In this document: piece after piece, positions 1 to 11,749 of the stretch
Layout of the letters: every line of letters begins with the position of its first letter
Position numbering within the stretch: the stretch's first letter is position 1
Source of the DNA: Eledone cirrhosa
Taxonomy: Eukaryota
Assembly (NCBI GenBank): GCA_964016885.1
Contig: CAXHJY010001434.1
Coordinates: 1-42,508, forward strand
Reading direction: 5' to 3'
Length of the DNA: 42,508 bases
Notes under the pieces: generated by a model
Databases searched by the model: none
Seen by the model: only the letters and a program-made list of their open reading frames with translations
Told to the model about the DNA's origin: nothing
Program-made: the position numbers and the translations under genes

Positions 1-2937
1 GGGGTGTATTTTGTTAGAGATGCCTACTGGCTGGAGTAGGTTTTACTATATATTTAGTAAGGCGGGTCTTCTCTGTACTGAGTACCGCCAAAGGTCTCGG
101 TCCAGTGACATTGTCTTGGAGAGTGTAAGTGTGTGATGTCGGAGTTTATCAGCTCGTCCCAGGTTTTTCTAGGTCTGCCTATCCGTGACTACCGTCTATC
201 TTTATTGCCCTGCACTTTGTTATACAGCTATCGACTTTCATGCGCATCACGTGTCCATACCAACGTAGCCTTCTCTCGAGTAAACAACATCTGATCCCTC
301 TTATCTCTAATTTATTCCTTAGTTCGTTTATGCTTTGCCGTTCACGTATATTAATGTTACACATCCAGCGGAGCATGCAAGCTTCGTTCCTCTCTAGTCT
401 GCGTATATCCTCTGCACACAATGCCCAGGTCTCACTGCCATGCAGCATTGCTGTTCGTATGCAGGCATCGTACAACCTGCCTTTCATTTTTAGTGAGAAC
501 CTTTAGCAGCTAATAGTGGTATAAAGCTCTCTGAACTTTTATCCAACCAGTTCTGACTCTAGCTACAGTACTTTCAGAGCACCCTTCCCCACTGCTGATT
601 TTATCGCCTCAGGTAACGGAAGCTGTCCACTATTTCTATAGAACCCTCTGCGCAATGAAAGAGCTAGTAGTTTGTGGGCACTTGCTGCTACTTATTGCAC
701 CAGAGCACCGGCCACATGTAAAATCTATGTTCTTAGTTAGCCTACCTGTGATCCCACTACATCTTTTATGCACCCATACTTTGCATTTAGGACATAAAAA
801 TGGAGTTTCTACCTACGCCTTACCTACACACACCCGAGCACAGACCATTCCCAGAAGGGACCGCGCTACATTTTTTCAACAACCCCATACAATACTAGTA
901 CTTTGACTAGCCTACAAAATCACACACTCTATAACCCTAAGTTGACTCAAGCCAATTCTTCCAATCATTGAGTTCAGCTCTACTCGCCTATAGATTCACA
1001 CTGCTGAAGCCATGTCCTCATAGAACAATCCCCAATCAGCCTTCGACTCCTTGCCTGAAGGGCAATAATAAATAGTAGTGGACTGAGAACAGAGCCCTGA
1101 TGGACGCCCGACTTTACGCTAAACTCTTCACTATATTCGTTGTTAATTCTAACCTTGCTGACTGTTTCTTTATACATGGCTTGTAGACCCTCAAAGCCTC
1201 AATAGCCATCGTCAACTCCTAGTTTTCCAAGATCCATATGAGCGGGGGACTCCTGTCGAAGGCTTTCTCCAAGTCTGAAAAGCTAAGTAGAGGGGTTTAC
1301 CTTTAGCTAGGTACTTCTCTTGTAGTTGTCGTACTATGAAAAGAGCGTCTGTGGTACTTTTGCCTGACACGAACCCGAACTGCATTTCATCTAGGTCAAT
1401 TCTCTCTCTGATTAGTTGCGCTATTACTCTTTCCGTGACCTTCATGACCTGGTCGATTAATTAATGCCTCTATAGTTACTCCTATCTAGGGCGTCTCCTT
1501 TACCCTTTATAACAGTTAACGATGATGCTGCTATGCCAGTCCTTCGGAACAACCCCGTTCTGTACGACTTGGTTAACATATGCGGGTGACCATGGTGTGT
1601 CCCACCGTGCCAGATGCCTTCAGCATCTCAGCAACTATTTCCGAAGGCCCAGCCGCCTTACCAGTCTTCATATCCTTGATTGCCTTACTTATTATACTCC
1701 CTCGACTAACACTGCTGGTCCCTCTATTGGGTCGATATGGGGGGAGACTGCCTTTCTCCCAATTATTCTCCTCATTTAGAAGCCTTTCATAGTGACACTT
1801 CCAAGCTACCTTCTTATCAGCGTCGGTGATGGCAAGTGTGCCATCGTCGTTTAGTACACACTTCTCCCCGGACAATATCACGGTTTTCCTTGACGCATTG
1901 CCTAGCAATCCTGAACACCCTCACGTTTTTGGTCATCGCCGTTGTAGAACATGCTTGAACTTTCTTCCTCAGCTTCCCTTCTTGCTAAGTACACTTGTCT
2001 CCTAGCTTCCCTCCTGGCCACTTGAATAGTCCTCTCTACTTCCCCCATCCCGCCATACTTTCCAAGCCTGCTTTTTGGCCTTAATTGACCCCTCCACCTT
2101 ACTGTTCCACCACCATGTTACTCTCCTCCTGCCTACAGGCCTGCTCCAGCCACAGACCTCGTCTGTCGCCAACAGCAGGTTTGCTTTCAGAAATTCCCAC
2201 TCTCCTCTATTTGTCCGACTCTAAATGTTCTTCCTACTGTCGAAAGCATCAAGTAATATGCTTTGAAATTTATTCCTGGCTGTGGGGTCCTTTAGCTTCA
2301 TATTTTCCTCCTGAGGATAGTCCTCTTCTGTTGTCGAGTACGTCTCGTCCTGACTATGAGGTCGCTAATTATCAGTCTATGTTGGGAGGTGCATTCTTCA
2401 TGGGGGAGGATTTAGTGTTAACAACAGACACTCTGTCACGTCTTCGGTAAGGATATAATCTACCTGGCTTGTGTGTTCCCCGGATCTATAGGTGATCAGG
2501 TGATTGTCACGTTTTTTGAAGTTAGTGTTACAGATAGTTAGGTTATTTGCATCACAGAATTCCAGGATTCTGGAGCTTCCTCATTTCTAGTACCAAACCC
2601 ATAGCCTCCATGGATTTCGTCGTAGCCGTCACAATGTTGTCCAACGTGACCATTTAGGTCGCCTGCGATAATTATATAGTCACCTGTCGGATATTTGGGA
2701 GGTAGTTAGCATCAGTGTCTCATAGAATCTGTCTTTTATAGTGCCGGGCAGTCCGGATTGGGTGCGTACGCAGATATTACTGTCACCGTAGTTCTATTGA
2801 GGACAAGTCGTATTTTAATTATTCTGTCGTTCACTCTATTTACGTCTATTATCTTATCTGCCCACTTTTCTGCTACCATGATTCCTACTCCACCCAGCCC
2901 ATCGTCGTTTCCCACCCAGAAAAGCTTATAACAACGT
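1..2937 (-). mobile_element. RTE-clade LINE, family A copy 1. 5'-truncated within the APE endonuclease and heavily frameshifted; the 3' UTR runs off the window edge
   Basis: ORF fragments 2736-2937 (WVGNDDG..ISAYAP), 1573-1908, 1212-1445 (QFGF..STTDA), 980-1177 ([13 protein letters not shown]) and 179-487 match the copy at 40044-42508 in reverse complement. Confidence 0.93.
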
Positions 2938-2945
2938 TTTTTTTT

Positions 2946-3268
2946 ATATACATATACATATATATATATACATTTTATATATATATACATTTTATATACA
3001 TATACATATATTATATACATTTTATATATACATATTATATATATACCTATATATATATATATACATATATATATATACATAATATATATACATATATATA
3101 TATACATATATATATATACATATATTATATATATATATACATATATATATTACATATATATATATACATATATATATATACATATATATATATACATATA
3201 ATATATATACATATATATATATACATATATATATATATACATATATATATATACATATATATATATAC

Positions 3269-3321
<53 letters not shown>

Positions 3322-3364
3322 ATATACATATATATATATAATACATATATACATATATATATAT

Positions 3365-3395
<31 letters not shown>

Positions 3396-3405
3396 TACAT
3401 ATATA
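2946..3405. repeat. (TA)n microsatellite with TACA interruptions
   Basis: Read directly. Confidence 0.97.
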
Positions 3406-3620
3406 GTATTTACGTATCGAGAAAGAGAGAAAAAAAGGAGGGATAGGTGATACATATAGTTATTTGCCAAGTAGCGTATGCCAAAGGTGCTCGATACTAG
3501 TGCCGGCAGTATTAAATATTCGAAGTGTTAATATTTAGTGGGCTAGAGAGTTAGCAGAGCGTAAGCACGTGGGAAAGTGAAAAATCGGAGAATAGACCGT
3601 TAAAACATGTTTATTGAAAA

Positions 3621-3665
3621 TATCACCTACGTACGTTTCGCCCAGTTGGACTTCTCAAGGGCATA
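3621..3665 (-). ncRNA. Minimal type I hammerhead-like motif with variant core
   Basis: Minus strand TATGCC-CTTGAGAA-GTCCAACTGGGC-GAA-ACGTACGT-A-GGTGATA. Palindromic stem III and a GUA site are present, but the core deviates from CUGANGA. Confidence 0.5.
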
Positions 3666-3911
3666 AACAGTCACAAGTGTTCCTTATATAGTTTGGAAAG
3701 AGATTTGGGGGTTTAATCGACATCAAGATTCATTGTTCGCAAAATATCTTGTTTTGATTTTGCAGCAGGTCAAGGGAGGTAACTTTGGCCGTATTAGGGC
3801 AGTCTTTCCCGGATAATTTTTGGTATGCAGGGATCGTTTTCTGGGTGTTATTTTGCTGCGCCTGCCCGCCGGGGTGTTAAGACTTGTTGCAGGGAGATCC
3901 AGTGTGTTATT

Positions 3912-4448
3912 TCACTCTCCATTCTTAACCCATCTAAAGAAGGATATTTTTAAGCGATGTGTACAACTTATCGCTGTTTCAGCTCTGCTGTTGATGAGCT
4001 CGTGGGGTGCAGTTATGATGTGGTAGAGCTCCATGAGGCAAAGATCGCATTTCCTCATGAAGTTGTACGGTGCAGCCCTGTCGACAATCTCCCAGTGCGT
4101 GGAGAAGCTAATGTTTAAGTCCTTTAGTGATGTGATGTAGTCCGCGAGCAAGGTGGAGTGCCTTAGTTTTCTATTTGTGAAAGAGTGGAGATGTGTTCGA
4201 AACCTAATTTTGAACGGGCCGGAGGTGGCCCCTATATAATGTTTAACGCTATTGTGGCTAGTAATAGTGCATCTATATATAACCCTATCGGTCAAGCAGT
4301 ATCCTCTAAGGGGGCACCGTCCTCTGTCGCGGCAGTTGCAATTTCTGTCGCTGTTCCGTCTATTTCCCACGATAAGGCTATCATTGTTGCTGCCTACGTT
4401 GTTAGCTGCGCTACCGCAGCTGTCGTTAGCACAATTACAACCCACAGC
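3912..4448 (-). pseudogene. C-terminal GIY-YIG endonuclease domain of a Penelope-like element (RT lost by 5' truncation)
   Basis: [51 protein letters not shown]. The annotated start at 4490 lies in the microsatellite and is spurious. Confidence 0.88.
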
Positions 4449-4455
4449 ATATATG

Positions 4456-4487
<32 letters not shown>

Positions 4488-4520
4488 CATATATATACAT
4501 ATATATATATATTATACATA

Positions 4521-4554
<34 letters not shown>

Positions 4555-4599
4555 CATATATATATATAGATATATATATATATATACATATATATATAC

Positions 4600-4638
<39 letters not shown>

Positions 4639-4851
4639 CAACATATACACATATATATATATATATACAACATATACACATATATATATATATATACAAC
4701 ATATACACATATATATATATATATACAACATATACACATATATATATATATATATATACAACATATATATATATATACATATACAACATATATATATATA
4801 TACATATACATATATATATACATATACATATATATATACATATATATATAC

Positions 4852-4886
<35 letters not shown>

Positions 4887-4918
4887 CAACATATACACAT
4901 ATATATATATATATATAT

Positions 4919-4961
<43 letters not shown>
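4449..4961. repeat. (TA)n microsatellite with higher-order CAACATATACACATATA.. units
   Basis: Read directly. Confidence 0.95.
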
Positions 4962-4962
<1 letters not shown>

Positions 4963-6369
4963 CATCATCATCATCATCATCAGGTTTAGCGTCCGTGTTC
5001 CACGCTTGCATGGGTTTGGACGGGGGTTTTCCCACTTGAGGCAAGAGTGGTTGTCTTGCTCGCATAGGACTGTCTGGCGGGTTTTCTACAGTTGGATGCC
5101 CTTCCTAACACCAACCACATTTACAGTGTGGGGCTGGGAGGTTTTTACCGTGTTGCCTACACGGCCACATTACAGCGTGGACTGTCTGGCGGGTTTTCTA
5201 CAGCTGGATGCCCTTCCTAACACCAACCACATTTACAGTGTGGGACTGGGAGGTTTTTACCGTGTTGCCTACACGGCCACATTTACAGCGTGGACTGTGT
5301 GTTTTTTTTGTCGTGACACCTACACGATCTCATTTGTTTCGGCCTGGATGTTGTGGGACCAACATAACTTTACATTGACAGGGGCGGTGTGGGTGGGGTG
5401 GAGGTGGTGGGACGGGGGTGTGTTTTGATAGAGATGCCTACTGACTGTAGTAGGTTTTTACTTTGTATTTAGGTAAGGCGGGTCTTCTCTATTACTGAGT
5501 ACCGCCAAAGGTCTCGGTCCAGTGACATTGTCTTGGAGAGGTGTAAGCGTGTGAGGTCGGAATTTATCAGCTCGTCCCATGTTTTTCTGGGTCTGCCTAC
5601 TCCGTGGCTACCGTCTATCTTTATTGCCCTGCACTTTGTTATACAGCTGTCGTCTTTCAGGCGCATCACGTGACCGTACCAACGTAGCCTTCTCTCGAGT
5701 AAACAACATCTGATCCCTCTTATTTCTAATTTTTTCCTTAGTTCGTTTATGCTTTGCCGTTCACGTATATTACTGTTACACATCCAGCGGAGCATGCAAG
5801 CTTCGTTCCTCTCTAGTCTGCGTATATCCTCTGCACACAATGCCCAGGTCTCACTGCCATGCAACATAGCTGTTCGTATGCAGGCATCGTATAACCTGCC
5901 TTTCATTTTTAGGGAGAACCCTCTAGCGGCTAATAGTGGTATAAGCTCTCTGAACTTTTTCCATCCAGTTCTGACTCTAGCTACTGTACTTTCAGAGCAC
6001 CCTCCCCCACTGTTGATTTTGTCACCCAGATAACGGAAGCTGTCCACTATTTCTATAGAACCCTCTGCGCAGTTGAAGGAGCTAGTATTTTGTGGGCACT
6101 TGCTGCTACTTATTGCACCAGAGCACCGGCCACATGTAAAATCTATGTTCTTAGTTAGCTTACCTGTGATCCCACTACATCTTTTATGCACCCATACTTT
6201 GCATTTGGGACATAAAATGGAGTTTCTACCTACGCCTTTCCTACACACTGAGCATGGTCATTTCCCGGATGGGACCGCCGCCTTATTTTCTTTCCTACAA
6301 ACTAGAACTTTAGTCTTAGCCAGGTTAATTTTAAGGCCTTTTGATTCTAGGCCGTGCTTCCATGTTTGG

Positions 6370-6373
<4 letters not shown>
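4962..6373 (-). mobile_element. RTE family A copy 2. 5'-truncated just after the RT catalytic motif; complete 3' UTR and (GAT)n tail
   Basis: ORF 5469-6248 (PHD-like finger, FRYLG, GRPRKTW), duplicated ~111-nt unit in the 3' UTR, (ATC)n at 4962-4982. Confidence 0.95.
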
Positions 6374-6427
<54 letters not shown>

Positions 6428-6434
6428 GGAATTA

Positions 6435-6468
<34 letters not shown>

Positions 6469-6561
6469 CATATATATATACATATATATATATATACATA
6501 TATATATATACATATATATATATATACATATATATATACATATATACATATATATATATAC

Positions 6562-6624
<63 letters not shown>

Positions 6625-6956
6625 CATATATATATATACATATATATATATATACATATATATATATACATATATATATATATACATATATATATATACA
6701 TATATATATATATACATATATATATAATACATATATATATATACATATATATATATACATATATATATATACATATATATATATATACATATATATATAT
6801 ACATATATATATATATACATATATATATATACATATATATATATACATATATATATATACATATATATATATATACATATATATATATACATATATATAT
6901 ATACATATATATATATACATATATATATATACATATATATATATACATATATATAC

Positions 6957-6991
<35 letters not shown>

Positions 6992-6992
6992 C

Positions 6993-7041
<49 letters not shown>

Positions 7042-7072
7042 TATATACATATATATATACATATATATATAC

Positions 7073-7137
<65 letters not shown>

Positions 7138-7219
7138 CATACATATATATATACATACATATATATATACATATATATTATACATATATATATACATACA
7201 TATATATATACATATATAT

Positions 7220-7268
<49 letters not shown>

Positions 7269-7438
7269 TATATACATATATATATACATATATATATATA
7301 CATATATATATACATATATATATATACATATATATATACATATATATATACATATTATATATACATATATATATATATATATACATATATATATACATAT
7401 ATATATACATATATATATATATACATATATATATATAC

Positions 7439-7469
<31 letters not shown>

Positions 7470-7808
7470 CATATATATATACATATATATATACATATAT
7501 ATATATATACATATATATATATACATATATATATACATATATATATACATATATATATATATACATATATATATACATATATATATATACATATATATAC
7601 ATATATATATACATATATATATACATATATATATATACATATATATATATATGTATATATATACATATATATATATATATATACATATATATATACATAT
7701 ATATATATACATATATATACATATACATATATATATATATACGTATATATACATGTATACATATATATACATATATATATATACATATATATATACATAT
7801 ATATATAC

Positions 7809-7857
<49 letters not shown>

Positions 7858-8230
7858 CATATATACATATATACATATATATATATATACATATATATAT
7901 ATACATATACACATATATATATATACATATATACATATACATATATACATATACATATATACATATATACATATATATATATACATATATATATATATAC
8001 ATATATATATATACATATATATATATACATATATATATATACATATATATATATACATATATATATATACATATATATATATACATATATACATATATAC
8101 ATATACATATATACATATATACATATACATATATACATATACATATATACATATATACATATATATATATACATATATACATATATACATATACATATAT
8201 ACATATATACATATACATATATATATATAC

Positions 8231-8261
<31 letters not shown>

Positions 8262-8306
8262 CATATATATATATACATATATATATATACATATATATAT
8301 ATATAC

Positions 8307-8401
<95 letters not shown>

Positions 8402-8448
8402 CATATATATATATACATATATATATATACATACATATATATATATAC

Positions 8449-8479
<31 letters not shown>

Positions 8480-8512
8480 CATATATATATATACATATAT
8501 ATATATACATAC

Positions 8513-8545
<33 letters not shown>

Positions 8546-8617
8546 CATATCAATATATACATATATATATATATATATACATATAAATATATATATATAC
8601 ATATAAATATATACATA

Positions 8618-8653
<36 letters not shown>

Positions 8654-8816
8654 CATATAAATATATACATATAAATATATACATATATATATATACATAT
8701 ATATATATATACATATATATATACATATATATACATATACATATATACATATATATACATATACATATATATATATATATATACATATATATACATATAC
8801 ATATATATATATATAC

Positions 8817-8869
<53 letters not shown>

Positions 8870-8882
8870 CATATATATATAC

Positions 8883-8913
<31 letters not shown>

Positions 8914-8919
8914 CATATG
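6374..8919. repeat. ~2.5-kb (TA)n array with C interruptions on the + strand
   Basis: Read directly. Confidence 0.97.
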
Positions 8920-9040
8920 TAGGAGGTGAGTTTTATTGTAGTACAATAAAGCAATGCAGATATCGGATAATAAGCACTCTACAGTTTGTAGGACTGGAGT
9001 ATACATAATATATAAGAACAAAAGATGGTTAAAAGAGTTC

Positions 9041-9117
9041 CATGTATTTTATTATGCGCATTTCAAAAACAAATATCATCATGCAATAATATTTGTGTTT
9101 TCATCAGATAAAACATG
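9041..9117 (-). ncRNA. Type I hammerhead ribozyme
   Basis: Stem I CATGTTTTAT/ATAAAATACATG, core CTGATGA, long stem II (AAAC..AAATAT/ATATTTGTTTT), GAAA, palindromic stem III ATGCGCAT, AUA cleavage triplet. Confidence 0.85.
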
Positions 9118-9909
9118 AAGACATGATATGAAGGTTAAAAAACACTTGTGGATAGTTCAGTTTTAAATCAACATATGAGAAGTAGTTTTAGATTGATGTG
9201 TGATATTAGAAAAAATATTTTATTTAGGGGGGGGGGGGTGAAAAAGAGGAGGAGATGAGAGTAAAAAGTGGAGAGGGAGGAGTATAATGAGGAAGGATGA
9301 GATAGGTGGAGAGATGGGTGATAGATAGAGAGAGATAGCTTTTATAACTGAGAAAGATATATTGTTTTACATAGAGAGGTTGAAAACCGTTGGAAGATAA
9401 TGAATAAATTAAAAGAATTTGAAAATTAACGAAGAGAAAAATAATGTAAAGTTAAGGTTTGTATATTGAGGGGTTGATAATATGTGCGATGAAAAAAGAA
9501 AATGTTAATATGTATTGAGAATAATGTTTAAGGGTTTAATAATATGTGCGAGTTAAGTAAGGAAATATTGTGAGATGAATGAGTTAGATGAAAGGGAGAA
9601 AAGAATAATGAATTGAGGATGAATAATCTAACGTCAAAAAATGTATATATTTACGAAGGATTTTTACAAGGTGATATAGAGTAAGAATGTATTGTATTAT
9701 GTAATAATTGATTCTATGTTAGGCAAGAGTGAGAAAAGGTACAGATTAGGGGTTAGACATTAAAAGAAGAAGAGAAGAATGATTAACAAGTATTATAGAA
9801 TGTATAATAACCTTTGAAATAAGGTAGAAAGATGGGTATATTTTTAAAAGAAGTGTATATATATATGTGCCTTTGAGAAAAAGATTCTAAATTGATAAAG
9901 AATTGAATA

Positions 9910-10398
9910 TTAGCTGTATACTTTGTGAAATGTTTTATGGAATTTATGCAGGCAGATAGAAAACAAGTCAGTGCGTCTATTTATTATAGAATCTAAATTA
10001 GAAATAATGGTAAATTTTTCATTTAGGCAGAGATTGCAAATTTTGGATAGAGAACTGTTCAAGTATGGAGACGCAGAAGAAACCTTCTTCCAAAAGATGC
10101 TATATTTAATATTTTTGTCTTTCAAGGACCATATGAGTTCTGAGAGAGCCGTGTTGGTTCTTTTAAGTTTGTATTTAAAAGACGAATGATGGTTATAAAG
10201 ATGAGCTTTAAAAGAGGTGGAAGTGGAGCCAAAATAGGTGAAGGAATTGGTGTCAGTTATAACTTTACATTCGTAAATTAAGTTTTTATCAAGACAATGG
10301 TTGTTGAGAGGACATTTATTTTTAATAGGGCAATTGCAATTGCGATTAGAGAGATTATTAATGAGTGACCTAGTGTTATCTATAGAAGGAATTGGTGA
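9910..10398 (-). pseudogene. GIY-YIG endonuclease domain (Penelope-like)
   Basis: Manual translation upstream of the listed 71-aa ORF: RNCNCPIKNKCPLNNHCLDKNLIYECKVITDTNSFTYFGSTSTSFKAHLYNHHSSF..TALSELIWSLKDK..CNLCLNEK..INRRTD..CLH. Confidence 0.87.
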
Positions 10399-10415
10399 CA
10401 GTCAAAATTGCAAAC

Positions 10416-10626
10416 TTGACTGTCACCACACATTGTGAACCTGAAGATTGCGAAAGCATGAAAGTACTTGTTTAATTAACACTTAACATTTAATATTCTG
10501 CCATACTATTTCATTCTAATACCATTATACATTTTAAAGGATTGTAAATAAAACGAGTAAATCAGACAAAGTTGGAATTCCTTTTATTAATATAATCTTC
10601 TATACACAATCATACACACCCGTGTA

Positions 10627-10635
<9 letters not shown>
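10416..10635 (+). mobile_element. Short hammerhead-containing pseudo-LTR fragment, head-to-head with the Penelope-like element
   Basis: Hammerhead at 10436-10474, about 160 nt before a (TA)n junction; joined to the neighbour through a 13-bp inverted repeat. Confidence 0.55.
10436..10474 (+). ncRNA. Minimal type I hammerhead ribozyme
   Basis: TGAAC-CTGAAGA-T-TGCgaaaGCA-T-GAA-AGTACT-T-GTTTA; palindrome AAGTACTT; CUU triplet. Confidence 0.72.
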
Positions 10636-10678
<43 letters not shown>

Positions 10679-10703
10679 CATATATATATACACATATAAA
10701 TAC

Positions 10704-10776
<73 letters not shown>

Positions 10777-11047
10777 CATTATCGGAGGAAGCTTTTAGCG
10801 ATACTCCAGCCAAATCCCAACTCACTCAACAAACATTAGGAAATAAGTGAGTATATTCCTAATTAAACGTTTGGGGTGCTAACTAATTGTATTGTGTGGA
10901 AAATTGGCTGTATTATTTCATATGAGATATATCAAATATATCTCTTCCCAGACAGACGTCTCGTTTCATTATAAGATTCCTACAATTAGGGTGAAATTAT
11001 ACCTATTTATGTAGAAGCTTGTATAAGATCAACAGATGCTTATTCAA

Positions 11048-11303
11048 ATATATATATACATATATATACAAATACATATATATATATACATATATATACA
11101 CATATATACATACATATACATACATATATATATATACATATATATACATATATATATATATATATACATATATATACATATATATATATATATACATATA
11201 TACATATACACACACACATATACATACACACACATATACATATACACACACACATATATATATATACACACACACACACATACATATACATATATATATA
11301 CAT

Positions 11304-11334
<31 letters not shown>

Positions 11335-11366
11335 CACATACATAAATAAATATTTATATATATATA
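11048..11366. repeat. Mixed (TA)n/(CA)n microsatellite
   Basis: Read directly. Confidence 0.95.
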
Positions 11367-11749
11367 ATTAAATGATCAAAGACCATAATCAGTTGATTCA
11401 GGTTTATTTAAAACTCTGTTATATATATTTCACTGAGGACTATCAGACGGCGAAACCTATAAAAACTTGAGAACATTGAAAGTTCCTCAAAAAAATCTTT
11501 AAATTTTAAAAATTTTAAACCTCCTAAAAAAGAAAAAAAATTTTTTTTATTTTTTTCTATGAAGTTTTTGGATTTTTTAAATTCTTCAGGTCTGTGGTGA
11601 GGGAAGGTAGGCATGAGAGTCAGGATCACACAGACAGATGGGCGCCTTCTTCTCCACGTTCATTTCATCCTACATGTCTGGGAAGGTGAGTCTTATTGCA
11701 GTACAGTATGTCACTAGTCATCTCGATCCTCTCTACTTCTCAAAGCCAG

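Larger units (their letters stand above)
3406..4448 (-). mobile_element. 5'-truncated Penelope-like retroelement (GIY-YIG endonuclease region plus 3' UTR/pseudo-LTR)
   Basis: GIY-YIG ORF remnant followed by about 500 nt of non-coding tail with a TATA-like motif, a hammerhead-like motif and AATAAA. Both ends abut (TA)n. Confidence 0.85.
8920..10405 (-). mobile_element. Second, divergent 5'-truncated Penelope-like element (GIY-YIG plus ~1-kb 3' UTR with hammerhead)
   Basis: Open frame ~10400 to 9910, then a long pyrimidine-rich (sense) 3' UTR, a hammerhead at 9041-9117, and a 3' end joined to (TA)n. Confidence 0.85.

Noticed and set aside
6331-9021. Long Y/I/M/C/H/T-rich ORFs (also at 15966-18171, 20970-22610, 26756-27765, 29389-31356, 37169-39567)
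   Set aside because: They are translations of (TA)n arrays, which lack stops in all frames; not proteins
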